Origin: Eledone cirrhosa | Lineage: Eukaryota | Direction: 5' to 3' | Assembly: GCA_964016885.1 (NCBI GenBank) | Contig: OZ024740.1 | Span: forward strand, 237,770,001-237,834,000 | Length of the DNA: 64,000 nucleotides | Part shown: positions 1-12,859 of the stretch, one piece after another | Numbering within the stretch: position 1 is the stretch's first letter | Layout of the letters: every line of letters begins with the position of its first letter | Made by a program: the position numbers and the translations under genes | Notes under the pieces: generated by a model | Told to the model about the DNA's origin: nothing | Databases searched by the model: none | Seen by the model: the letters and a program-made list of their open reading frames with translations, nothing else

Positions 1-1953
1 CATGCTGTCTTTACATCTGTTGAGAATATCACAGGGGTATATTTCTCTCTGTGATACTATTTATCCTGTCATTAAACCCCTTGTCCCTTCTGCTCAAGAA
101 ATGTGAAGGATACATCATTGGCTCACAGGAGGAAAGAAATATGAACCTAATCCAAAATTTCTTTGTGGATGATCTGAAACTCTATGCCAAGAACATAGAT
201 GGGATGAAGAAAAATCTTGACCTGGTTACAACGTTCTCAAAGGATATAGGAATGGAGTTTAGCAAAGATAAATGTTTATATATAACAGTAAAGTGGGGTA
301 AAATAACAACCCAATCTAGCAACATTGTCATCAATGGTCTAACTGTTTCACTGATATCTGACGAGGGCTGCTACAGATACCTGGGGATAGATGAGAACAT
401 ATCCTATAATGGTATCTGTATTAAGGAACGTGTAAGCAGGGAATATTACACCCAATTAAGAAAAATATTGGAACTCTCTGCACACAATAAAACAGTGGCT
501 CACAATGGGTTTGCTGTGTCTGTCCTAACACCAACGTTTGGAATACTCAATTGGACGATAGACAAAATCTGAGCAATTGATATTAGGACTCGAAAAATAC
601 TAAACAACACCAGAAACTTCCACATCAACAGTGACATAGCCGGCCTTTACTTGAAACATAAGCAGGGAGGCAGAGGCCTAACATCAGTCCAGACAACATT
701 TGAATGTTGCATCATATCCCTCCGACAACATCTACGAACCTCGAAGTGTAGGAGCCCGTCTTTCGAGCAAGTCTATCTGCATGAAACAGATAAGATCATG
801 AGAGTTGGAAAGGAACTCCTTAAAAGATATTCCTTGTGTGATAATCAAAATCTCACATCCAGCAATATCGCAGTGAATCCATGGATGAAAATCTGCATGC
901 TTATCAGTAAAAAGTCATGCATGGATATGTTGCCAGGAAGTTCCAGAGTGAGAGTAATATAGATAAGCAATCTATAGTCTATCTTGGACCAACAACTGCT
1001 ATATTGGCTCCCACTTTGAAGGATACACTTTTGCAATCCAAGAACAGGAAATCAACACGAAATACCTGATTCACAAAAGAGATAGGGATGCAAGCAAAAC
1101 ACCTAGATGTGACAACAAGTGCAGCCTCTGCAGAATTAACATCGAAGATGTCACCCATGTCATCAGCAGCTGTCGAAAGATGTCATCGTGGTACTATCTA
1201 CTTATGAGGGATGATCTACAATTCAATCCATAGAAAAGATAGCCCCAATAATAAACACATTAAAAGCTACAGCAATGTGGAAGACATACATATACATAAT
1301 ATGAAAGAGTACTGTTGGAATGTTCCAGTAGAAACTCCTATAAAATGCAGGCATAACAGACCAGATATTATGATATGGGACAGGGAAAAGAAGGTATGCA
1401 CGGTAGTGGAAGTTAGCTGCCCAGCAGATGCCAATATACTATTAAAGATTAACGAAAAGGAGAATATTTATGCAGAACTAATGAGAAATCTACAGATACT
1501 CCACCCAGACTATACTTCAGATTTATACCTGCGATTATTGGGGCACTGGGATATGTTAGTAACTGCCTCAATACAAATCTTGAGAAGCTGGGCTTCACAG
1601 AAACAGAAAGAACACAACTAGTTAGGAAATTATAAGTACAATCCATTAATGGAACAGTAAAAATATGTAAAACATTCCAAATATTTTGCATCTAATAACT
1701 ACATATACACTTGTACAGATACAAAGCATATACACATGCACACATATAACTCAAAACATCCACATCCACACATATAATAACATCCATACCTCCACACACA
1801 TACATGCATTTACACAACATCAACTAGGTAGATACGTATATATCTACCTAGTTGATGTTGTGTAAATTCCAATGAGAGAGTCTTGTGTCTATGTTAGAAA
1901 CCGACTCTCTCTCTCTCTATTGGCAAATATTTGTGAGATTATAAAACCAAAAG
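1..1953 (+). mobile_element. R4/Dong-like (restriction-like endonuclease) non-LTR retrotransposon, 3' portion, frameshifted
   Basis: RT motif FFVDDLKLYAKN (ORF 51-572); GGRGL motif; CCHC knuckle CSLC..EDVTHVISSC at ~1120-1173; REL motif RHNRPDIMIWD..VVEVSCP (ORF 1211-1621); 3' UTR ends in ACAT repeats at ~1955-1970. Confidence 0.85.
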
Positions 1954-3349
1954 AACATACATACATACATTCACACACACATACACTATGAAGGCTGACC
2001 TCTACTTATTGAAGCTATCATCTACTTTATGGTGCTGACCTCTACTCAACAGAACTGACCTCTTCCATGTAGAAGGAATGTGTACTCAATAGAATTTGCT
2101 GAATTTCAATATAATTAAAAGCAATAGAACAAGATAGATTACCCATAACAAGAAGAGAAGCAATAAAACTTGTTCCATAAATATCAAGGAACTTGTTGGA
2201 AGACACTGAAGCAATGACCAACCTAATTGGTTTTACAGATGAAGAAATCGAAGTTTCTAGCAACACTAGCAGGTAAATCAACAGGAGAAGCGTTTATGGA
2301 AGAGAGGAGGAGAGGGAAAGAAAGTGAGGAAGATATAGAGAGGGAGAGAGAGGGAGAGAGAGAGAAAGAGAGAAAGAACAGATGGAAATTTTTAATTAAA
2401 GACTGTTTATGGAAGCTCCTGTCAAAATATATACAGTTTGCATCTGTGCACCATCAACAACAGAATCACTACATCCAAACATCAGGTATAAACCAGATAC
2501 CATAAAGAGCAATTAATAGAGAATCTGAATAGCTATTTCAAGCAAGATTATTTAAATAGAAGGTTGTTCTCAATGGGAAAAATTGGAAATCTTTATGTTG
2601 GTGTTTAGTATGTATAGTGGGCAAGCGAAAAATCCAATGTTATTATTGTTAAAATTTAAAATAATAGCAAAAGATTGATTAATTTAGAAGTTTAGAAAAA
2701 GAAAAGAAAAAACTGAAAAAAACTGACAATTTAATCAGAAAATCAGTTCAGTCTATTTTTAATTTTTAATTGATTTGGCAACAAGAGTGAGTAGAAGTGA
2801 GTAATTGGATGATATAGAATGTTGTGGACATAACCCACTATAAGAATTTGTAATGATAGTATAGACACAGCTCCATAATCCTATGTGCCTCTCACTGCCT
2901 CCCTCTATTACCCCTTAGTAGTTACTCCCCATTATCACAGCACCCACTAGCCCTTTCATGTCCCTCCCCAACAAACTGCCACCTCTATAGTTAATATTCT
3001 CATTGTACATCCCCAAGATTCACCTCCACTCCTCTTAACTGCAAATACTTATACTCTTTCCAGGGTCACCACCTGCCCCCCCCCCCCCCCACACTCTACT
3101 CTAGATCCCCCCACCCCCATTCTCTAAAGCTGTGTCACACCAGTCACAGATCTTTGTAATTATTAAAACCACAATACCTTCCACACTGATGGAGGTCCTC
3201 CCTCTCCATTCATCATCCTCCACCCTTGTCCACACACACATAAACATACATCCCACCCCTATCCATATGAGGGCCCTTCAGTTGTATCAATGACCAACAG
3301 CTTCTCTAGGGCCAGTGTCATGAAAATGTACCCAGTACACCTTGTAATG

Positions 3350-5480
3350 TAGTCAAGAAGACCTTTTAGTTGTCAACCTTTTTCCTCTCATGAAAATGTC
3401 TGGTTCCACATCCCTGACTGGTAGCGTGTACAACTTCAAGTCCTCTACTGTGTGAACCACAACAACTGCATCATCAGTATACAGGAATTCTCTGACAAGA
3501 GTGCCAAATGATTTGGTGTTAAAACATCTTAGATTAAAAACATTATCCAAGGTTCTAAATCGCAGGTATACTCTGATTTCGAAGTATTGGAAGGCATATG
3601 TCAGCAGCATGGTGAAGTAGCTGAAGAACAGAGTAGGTGCAGGTATGTCACCCTGCTTGACACTGTTTTTCATTGGAATTAGCTCTGAAAGTGTCCCATT
3701 GAAGTTCACTTTTGCCTTCATATTTTTATATAGCGTTTGAATATTCCAACAAATTTAGGAGGGCATCCAAGATTCCCTAATATGACCCACAATGTTCTAT
3801 GATTAACAGTATCGAAGGTTTTAATAAAATCCACAAATACTTGGTACAGTGGCACTTGCTGCTCAACACACTTCTCCATAAGCTGGTAGACTATAGTACC
3901 CCATCCAGCTCTGAATCCACACAGGGTCTCAGGGATGGCACCAGCAGGGTAGATCTATTCTATTAGACAATTCAGCAGGACCTTGAATAAAACTTTTCCT
4001 ACTAACTTGAGCAGACGTATACCACAATATTCATCGCATTCAGACTTGGAGACTTTGTCCTTGTAAATTGACAGCAAAATTGTGCCTACCCATTTATGCA
4101 GGGCAGGTTCACCATGTCATACAAATAAAATTAACTCATGAATGGCCATAACAACATTGTCTCCTCCAAAGTGAATCAGCTCAACGGGTATTCCATTCAA
4201 ACCTAGAGCTTTCCCTATGTTTATCTCTTTGATAGTAGACCTTATCTCATCAATGGTTGGATCATTCATCATCTCTGTCAAAGTTTCCTTTTGAAGCAAT
4301 CCATTAATAATTTCCTCATCAATTACAGATGGGTTATCAAACAGATCTTTTAAATGTTCAGTCCACCAATTCACGATTCCTGCTGGATCTTTCATGAGGA
4401 TGTTCCCATCTTTTGACTTCAATGGTTCCCCTTTTGAGGGCTGTGGGCCAAAGACATCCCTTATTGTGCTGTATAATGTATTCAGATTGTTGCAGTTTTA
4501 AGCTCTTTGCATTTCTGATGAAACTTCAGACTACCATTTATTCTTCATCTTTTGAGTTTTACATTGCAGTTTTGACTTTGCTTCTTTGAAGACCTTCTAA
4601 AAAAGTGGTCCCTACTGGACCCTCTGCAGCAAGGCACTTCTCATACAGCTTCTTCTTTTCAATGAATATGGTGATTGCAGCATCATTATCATCAAACCAG
4701 TTTTGGTATTCATTCTTCTTAAGACGAAGTACATCAACCCCAGCACTGTAAACCTGTGTTTTAAACTGTACCCAAGTTCAATCAAATACAACATTGTCAA
4801 GTGGATTAAGAAGAGCATCTCACATTTCTTAACTTTACAAGGGAAGGTCTATACATTTTACCACTTTTATCCCTGCTGTCCTCACTTTTCCTCTGATCTA
4901 CACTTTCATCATAACACATACAAGTTTTTGGTGTGTACCACATTCTGCACCATGCATTACTCCTACAGAGCAGATGTCCTGGTGGTCTCTCTTTCTGGTG
5001 AAGATAAAATCCAAGATCTGTCCATGTTTGGATCTCGAGTGTATCCATGTTGCCTTGTGGATCTCCTTTTGCTGAAAAAACGTATTGCACATGACCAGCT
5101 CAAATCCGTGCATAAATGCAAAAAGAAAAGACCATTGGCATTCATCTTCCCATGCTCTGACTTCCTAAAACACTACAGATAGGGTCATCTTTTCCCACAC
5201 ATGCATTGAAACTCCAAGAAGCAAGATCTTGCCCAAATGTGGAATGATGTTATATACCCTCATAAATATTGTTAAAAATCCATAATTAATTCCAGACTAT
5301 TATCCAGGGTTGGAGCATACACTGAAATGACAGTCATGAAATGTCCCCTTGAAAGGGGAACTCTTAGATGCATGATACAATTACCAATGACTTGTGGTTG
5401 CTCCAGCTACTTTCTGACATCTGTCCAGACAGCGACACCTTCTTTTCCATTCCTTTTCTCTCCATTTGGTTTCCCTTTCC
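3350..5480 (-). mobile_element. Degenerate RTE-clade (BovB-like) LINE with APE endonuclease and RT remnants
   Basis: Minus-strand fragments NTFFQQKEIHKATWIHSRSKHGQILDFIFTR (APE), GKALGLNGIPVEL, VKQGDIPAPTLF...FLYTDD (RT); many stops and frameshifts. Confidence 0.8.
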
Positions 5481-5669
5481 AGAAGAATATATAGCCAGCA
5501 CTCCTCTCTCATAAATGACCTTCACCACTAAGACAGGCTTTAAAGAGTGCAACTATCAATATTATACCTGCTCAATTCTCTGCCAACAATATCAGTTCTG
5601 CATTCTGGATTTGAGGATGATTCCTTCTCAAGAAGTGTTATAACATTCCAGGTTATAACATGTTTCTAT

Positions 5670-5836
5670 CATACCTACCTACCTACCTACAAACCTACAT
5701 ACATACATACATACAAACATACAAACATATGTACATATATATATACATACATACATACATACATACATACATACATACATACATACATACATACATACAT
5801 ACATACATACATACATACATACATACATACATACAT
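5670..5836. repeat. (ACAT)n microsatellite
   Basis: Directly visible tandem ACAT/TACC repeats. Confidence 0.95.
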
Positions 5837-8800
5837 AATCAATGCAACTGGTCGCACATATTGACATGGGAGACTATTCATTAAATTTAAGATGAATACT
5901 ATCTCCAATAGTAATGTCACAACTACCAGTCGTGTTGAATAACGGTATTCTTCTAACTATACCCTATTCGAATTGGTAGAGATATCTGACTAAATACTAA
6001 ATTCATTTTACAAGGATTTGCTACAAACAGCATGACTGAACACAACAACAGCATCAACAACATTAATTTACCAAAGAAAAACAACGAAAAAGGTAAACAA
6101 AATTTCTTTAATTGCAGTTACTGAAAGAACCGAAATTATAAATTGCATTCCTCTTGGAGTTACAAACTTAATAATGATTTATTTAATTATTATAAAATGG
6201 CAAAAAAAACAACTCCTCCATTGGATATATGAATAGCATGAAGCTATACTGGGATGAAATACATCCAGAGCTAAATCACGTTACAGCCAAATAATTATGC
6301 CAACAAGCAACGTTTGTTGAATATAAAAATAAGTCCCCCAGATCGAACATGCAATCAACACCACATGCCACAGGCCGCCATGTTACTAGACTTTCTAGGG
6401 GCCAGGCTAAACATTAACAAACAACAGCAATAGACAAAGAGTCCCTTGAAACGTCTTTGTAGATAAGAAATTTGATACCACATGTATCAACTGATTCTAC
6501 CTCAACTGTTGTGGAAAACATTGTTAATAATAATACATCTACCATTAGCTTGGAAAATCAAGAGTATAAGCAATTGACATTTACCTTTAGCGAAACCTTC
6601 CAAAGAGAAATTAATTCATGTATAAACATTTCTCGGGGAAAAATAATAAAACAAAAGTACTGAACAAAAGGAAACCAAATAATGAAATCTTACTTGGTAT
6701 TGATGAAATTGAGGGTGAATATTTATGACGAATTAAAACCCCCACATTTTGGCAAATCAACGTCTGTTTATATGCCCGGGCAACGACAGTGAAACATTAT
6801 CTTGATGATAACAGAGATGTTAATAAGAGCAAAACACCGTAAAAATTGTCATCATATATTACTAAAATAGAAAAAAATACTACACTCGTCACCAACAAAG
6901 TGAAAAATAAAATAGAAACGATGTTTGTAGGCAGTACAATCAGAAAGACATTCATTATGGAGAAAAATATGGGGTGAAAAGAAGAATTTCAACCAAGATG
7001 CAGTGTGGCTAAAAGAAATCCAAAATAACTATTGCTCCTACACGACAACAAAAACATACAATATAAATGATGATACCCTTGAGACTGTGATAGGAAAACT
7101 CCAAGATAAGAAAACACCAGGAAGAGACATGATTGTCGGCTACTGGTACAAAAAAATGACATCCTATTGGATGTATCTTATCAACCTCTATCAACAAGCT
7201 CTCAAGGGAGATGCACATATACCATGGTGGTTGACATTAACACAAACAATATTGGTGCCCAAGAATAAAGACACTTACTTGGCAAAAAACTACCAATCCA
7301 TTGCATGCCAGAACCTAATGTATGAAATGTATACAGCCTGCCTGAACCTATTTCTCCAAGATCACTGCAACAGTAATAACAACATCACAGAGGAGCAAGC
7401 AGTTTGGAAGGAAGGTGTTAGGGGGTGTGCTGAACAGCTTCTAATTAACAAAACCAGGATGTCAGAGGTGTGACAACGTAGGAGGAATGTGGTTAAAGTC
7501 TGACTGGTCTACAGGAAAGCATTTGATTCTGTTCCCCAATCTTGGACGATAGAGGCCCTCCGACCTGCTAAAGTCCCAGATACTATTATCAGAGCCATAA
7601 AGAACCTATCTTCTTAGGCTACTATCCTAAAGTTAAAAGCAGAGAAGGAGGACTCTATTTTTACTAATAAAATAGAATATCACAGGGGTATATTTCAAGG
7701 AGACAGTTTCTCTGTGCTACTATTTACAAAGAAAAATATTGACCTGGTTATGACATTCTCAAAGGATATAGGAATGGAGTTTGGCCAAGATAAATGTTCA
7801 TATATGATTGTAAAGTGTGGAAAAATAACAACCCAATCTAGCAACATTGTCATCAATGGCCTAACTGTTTCACTGATATCTGACGAGAATATATCCTATG
7901 ATGGTATCTGTAATAAGGAACACGTAACCAGGGAATATTACATCTGATTAAGAAAAATATGGTCATCTGAAATCTCTGCGTATAATAAAACAGTGGCTCA
8001 CAATGTGTTTGCTGTGCATTACTATCACCAACGTTTGGAATACTCGATTAGACAATAGACAAAACACAAGCAATGATGTTAAAACCTCCAAAATCCTAAA
8101 CAACACCGGAAACTTCCACATCAACAATGACATAAACTACCTCTACTTGAAATGTAAGCAGAGGCCTAACATCAATCCAGACAACATTTGAGTGTCACAT
8201 CATATCCCTCCGACAACATCTATGAACCTCCAAGCATACGAGCCCATCTATTGAACAAGTCTGTCTGCATGAGACAGATAAGATCATGAGGGTTGGGAGG
8301 AACTCTTTGAAAGATACTCCATGCATGATAATGAAAAACTCACATTCAGGGAAATAGTCCAGCAATACTTCAGTTAATCCGTGGATGAAAAACTGCATGT
8401 TTATCAGCAAAAATTATGCAAGGCTATGATGCCAGGAAGCTCCAAAGTGAGAGTAATATAGATAAACAAAGTAGTCTATCTTGGACCAACAACTGCTATA
8501 TTGGCTCCCACTTTGAAGGATATGCTTTTGCAATCCAAGAACAGGAAATCAACACAAAATACTTGATAATGATTCACACATGAGATAGCGATGCAGGAAA
8601 AACACCTAGATGTGACAACAAGTGCAGACTCTGCAGAATTAACATTGGAGATGTCACCCAAGTCATAAGCAGCTGTCCAAAGATGTCATCACGGTACTAT
8701 CTACCTATGAAGCATGATGTAGAAAAGATAGCCCTGACAATAAACATATTAAAGTTACAGCAATGTGGGAGACATACACATAATTAATATGAAAGAGTAC

Positions 8801-9421
8801 TGGTGGAATGTTCCAGTAAAAACCCCAATAAAATGCAGGCATAACAGACCAGATATAATGATATGGGACAGGGAGAAGAAAGCATGCACAGTAGTGGAAG
8901 TTAGCTGCCCACCAGATGCCAATATAATATCAAAGATTAACAAAAAGGAGGATGCCTATGCAGAACTGATGAGAAATCTGCATATACTCCACCCAGACTA
9001 TACCTTCAGATTTACGCCTGTAATTATTGGGGCACTGAGATATGTTAGTAACTGCCTCAGTACAAATCTTGAGAAGCTGGGCTTCACAAGAACAGAAAGA
9101 ACACAACTAGTTAGGAAATTATAAGTATAATCCATTAACGGAACAGTAAAAATATGTAAAGCATTCCAAACACTCTGCATCTAATAACTACATGTACACA
9201 TGTGCAGATACAAAGCATATGCAAATGCACACAGATAACTCAAAACATACACATCCACACATACAATAACATCCATACCTGTACACACACATGCATGCAG
9301 ACATACATACATATCTACCTAGTTGATGTTTAAATTCCCATGAAAGAGTTTTGTGTCTATGTTAGAAACAGACTCTCTCTCTCTATTGGTAAAAATGTAT
9401 AAAATTATAAAACCAGAAGAA
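5837..9421 (+). mobile_element. Second R4/Dong-like element, long but internally deleted and decayed, flanked by (ACAT)n on both sides
   Basis: RT N-terminal part KTPGRD..WYKK..LVPK..NYQSIACQNLMY (7003-7473), KAFDSVP at ~7515, RGIFQGDS at ~7684, REL motif RHNRPDIMIWD (8765-9124); 7730-9420 is collinear with 205-1955. Confidence 0.85.
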
Positions 9422-9541
9422 CATACATACATACATACATACATACATACATACATACATAATTCACAGTTTGTATAATTGTATTACAAATATGTCAATC
9501 AAATTTCAACGCAGTTGGATTTTCACATTTTAATTTGTATT

Positions 9542-9584
9542 TTCACAAGTACTTTCATGTTGTCTGGAATACTCTTCAGGGGAA
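9542..9584 (-). ncRNA. Minimal type I hammerhead ribozyme motif (slightly decayed)
   Basis: Minus strand: ttccc-CTGAAGA-gtattccagacaacat-GAA-AGTACT(palindromic stem III)-T-gtgaa; stems I and II imperfect. Confidence 0.55.
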
Positions 9585-9723
9585 TGTTGAGATGGCAACA
9601 TTATTTTGGCGATTATTAATGAGTGACTATATCTAGGTGGTGTTGGTGTAGATAAAGGGAGATAATCTATTTAGTATTTTCATATTTTACGTTTCATAAT
9701 TGGGTCATTATTTTTATATTGTA

Positions 9724-9820
9724 CGTTAACTTTCCCTTTCATCCTTATGGGGTCGATAAAATAAAGTACCAGTAATGTACTGGGTAATTGTTGGCCTTGT
9801 GCCAATAGTAGAAACAATTA
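9724..9820 (+). mobile_element. SINE family A fragment (3' part)
   Basis: gttaacttttccctttcatccttatggggtcgataaaataaagtaccagtaatgtactggg...gtagaaacaatta matches copies at 28577-28760 and 31622-31805. Confidence 0.8.
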
Positions 9821-10492
9821 TTTTTATATTGTACGTATGTCAAAAGGAGATAATCTACAAAATAGTTTCAGTTAATTAGAATTTCAGAATACATAAATTT
9901 AATCTAGATTAAATTAAACTAAATCAAATCGAATCAATATTATTGTCCATTTAGAACTGAGTTCAACTTTTCAATAAAAGTCTTTTCTTTTACCTTTTTT
10001 TAACTTCACTTGAGTCATGAAATTTATAAACTGGAGAGCAAGGGTTATGTTGGGGAAGTGGCTTTGAAGTAAGCGACATCTAGCATTGAGGGATACATTT
10101 TTGCGTATATATATATATATGATGGCTCTCCCTTCTTCTCAGTTCATTTTTCTACAGTTATGCCTTAAATGGCACTTTAGTCTAGCTGCTGATTTATACA
10201 TCAAGCCACATTTACTGCAGATGACATCCACTGGGTTTGTGGAAAACTTTTGCACCAATTCTTTGTTATCAACATTATGTCGGAATTATCCCAGTTTCCT
10301 GAGTTGCCTTCTCCTAGAAGAATGCCCTGACAAAGGCTAGGGGTCCTTCACACCTAGTGGTTTAAGCGAGCAATCACGTATCCAGCCCGATTATTTCTAT
10401 GTCCCTGCGTATATGCATACATGTATATACATATATACATATATATACACACATACGCATGCATACATGTATATACATATTTACACATTTTT

Positions 10493-10680
10493 GGATGACC
10501 GTTGACTCTTATGAGTTCTTCCACCCTTTGTCAGGTCTTGTTTTTTGTCCTGCAGGGTGTCCAAAATCACCCTCCTCACCAAATAAACTTGGTGGGGTTG
10601 CCAGTTAAGTCACCGCCAACCCAACCATGTGACAGGTTGTACTGGGTTACATGTTACCAGTAGCACTCAAGAGTGACCCA
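10493..10680. repeat. Dispersed ~150-190 bp repeat, copy 1 (copy 2 at 11439-11593)
   Basis: ggatgaccgttgactcttatgagttctt...caggttgtactgg.ttacatgttac occurs twice, each copy next to TA-rich repeats. Confidence 0.75.
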
Positions 10681-10754
10681 ACATTTATATATATATATAT
10701 TATATATATTAACCCAACCACACAGTAAAGTGGATGTGTAAAAGACACGGCAGA

Positions 10755-10945
10755 AAGCACCCAGCACACACAGTCAATATGGTTGGCATTAGGAAGGGCA
10801 TCCAGCCATAGAAAACCAGCCAGAAATACCCCTATATGAGCGAGACACGGTCACCCGACCCAACTTGCCTCTAAATGGGATCTCTCTAACCCATGCTAGC
10901 ATGGAAGATAGACGTTAATCGATGATAACGATGATGATGATGATA
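10755..10945 (+). mobile_element. RTE-type 3' tail fragment (SINE/LINE end)
   Basis: ggttggcattaggaagggcatccagcc...aacccatgctagcatggaagatagacgttaa followed by a (GAT)n tail; matches RTE 3' UTRs at 32045-32200. Confidence 0.7.
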
Positions 10946-11040
10946 TCAAGTAAAGCAAAAGATTAAAGGACTTGCATTTATCCCTGTACTTCAATGAGCT
11001 TAAAGGAAAAAATTAATACGTATATATATATATATATACA

Positions 11041-11415
11041 TGTGAAGACTGGACCCGGTGGAGTGAGGGAAGGAGGACAACATCGTCCCAACAGTCACGA
11101 AGATGGCGACAGCAAGCGGTGTGGAGTGCTAGGGCACGGCAAGGCACTACAGACGTCATGGCCATCCACTGCAGCCAAGGAAGTCCCTGGTCGTGACGGT
11201 CCTCCGTACCACCGGATTCTGGCTTCTACGGCCAAGTGAGCGGGACCGTCACTGTGCACTGGCCCTGCCACTATAAACCTTTCCCGCACTGGTTTCTTCT
11301 TTAGCGTGCACTCCCAAAGCCCTGCGGCAATGATTGGCTTCCACAGCCACCTTCGTGCCCATGGCAGACGGGAGCTAAAATAAAGATGTTATCATCGTTC
11401 ATGATGGACAACCAA
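11041..11415 (+). mobile_element. Possible LTR-like fragment inserted in (TA)n
   Basis: GC-rich island starting TGTGAAG right after TA repeats, with TATAAA at ~11272 and AATAAA at ~11379; no clear CA terminus or TSD. Confidence 0.3.
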
Positions 11416-11637
11416 GATATATATATATATATATATATGGATGACCGTTGACTCTTATGAGTTCTTCGGTCCTTTGTCAGGTTTTGTTTTTTGTCCTGCA
11501 GGGTGTCCAAAAGTAAACATGGTGGGGTTGCCAGTTTAATCGACGACGACCTGACCATGCGACAGGTTGTACTGGTTTACATGTTACAAGAAGCATATAT
11601 ATATATGTTATATTTCATTTTATTCATTTTCATTTCA

Positions 11638-11958
11638 TTTTACGTCCACTTTTCCCTGCTTGCAAGGGTGGGACGGGAACTGATTCTGGCTTGATTTCTA
11701 CAGCTGGATACCCTTCCTAACACCAACCTCATTTACAGTGTGGGCTGGGTGCTTTTTTGCCGTGACACCTCCACGACCACTTTGCAGTGGAATGATAGGG
11801 ACCCCAGTCCTATCATCTCATTTCTACAGCTGAGTAAACTGGAGCAATGTGAAATAAAGTGTCTTGCTCAAGGAAACAACACATCACCCGGTCTGAGAAT
11901 TGAACTCACAACCTTTCAATTGCAAGACCAATGCTCTAACCACTAAGCCATCTGCCGC
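11638..11958 (-). mobile_element. tRNA-derived SINE family B, full length, with RTE-derived 3' tail
   Basis: Minus-strand head ggcagatggcttagtggttagagc (A box)...gtgagttcaattc (B box), central ccttgagcaagacacttta, tail cccgtcccacccttgcaagcagggaaaagtggacgtaaa nearly identical to the RTE family B 3' end. Confidence 0.8.
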
Positions 11959-11972
11959 CATATATATATATA

Positions 11973-12612
11973 TCATCATCATCATCATCATTTTACGTCC
12001 GCTTTTCCCTGCTTGCAAGGGTGGGACGGGTCCTATTCAGCACAGCATCTCTCCACTTGTCACGGTTCTTCGCCATCTCCTCCATGAGTTTCAGTGATCT
12101 GAAGTCTGCTCTCACCACCTCCACCCATGTTTTTTGTGGTCTTCCTCTACTGTGTATTCCTTCTACTAGCATTTCTTGGCACTTCTTTACCCAGCAGTCA
12201 TCCTCCATGCGCATCACATGTCCATACCATCTCAGTCTTCTCTCCTGCACACCACAACTTATCCTTCTTATATCCCGTTTCTTTCTCAACTCGTCTATGC
12301 TTGGTCATTCATGCACATTGACATTGCACATCCAACGGAGCATGCTTGTTTCATTTCTCTCCAGCCGTCGCATATCCTCTGCAGTTGCTGCCCATGTCTC
12401 ACTACCATGCAGCACCGCGCATCTCACACAGGCATCATATAACCGTCCTTTTGTACGCAGGGAGAAACCCTTCTTTGTCAACAGAGGAAGCAGCTCCCTA
12501 AACTTCTTCCAACCCGTCCTTATTCTAGATATATGGCCTCGGAACACCCCCTTCCCATGCTAATCTGATCACCTAGGTACCGGAAGCTATCAACCACTTC
12601 TATAGAACCCAC
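11973..12612 (-). mobile_element. RTE LINE family B, 5'-truncated 3' fragment
   Basis: RIRTGWKKFRELLPLL...LHGSETW...[14 protein letters not shown]...RGRPQKTW; (GAT)n tail. Confidence 0.9.
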
Positions 12613-12859
12613 CTGCATAGGTATAATAGTAATAAAAAGCATGATTTATGTAGGTATATATTTGTATACATATATGTGTGTGTTTGCATTCCTGCAAATA
12701 CTGACATATAAATACCTTCTATTTTTTACAGATATAAAAATGTAGACATCATAACTTCAGTGTACAGCATTAACAACAGAAGCAACACTTCAGATGATGA
12801 AGCAAGTCAATCTTCATAGATTGCCCAACCAGGCAGCTATAAACTCTACTGTATAATTC

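Noticed and set aside
1874-1915. R4 3' UTR hairpin gagagagtc...gaaacc-gactctctc as a ribozyme
   Set aside because: Lacks a CUGANGA core; more likely an ordinary 3' stem-loop
11880-11958. tRNA gene
   Set aside because: A/B boxes continue into a SINE core and RTE tail; multiple degenerate copies (13485-13605, 20445-20540, 59870-59972)
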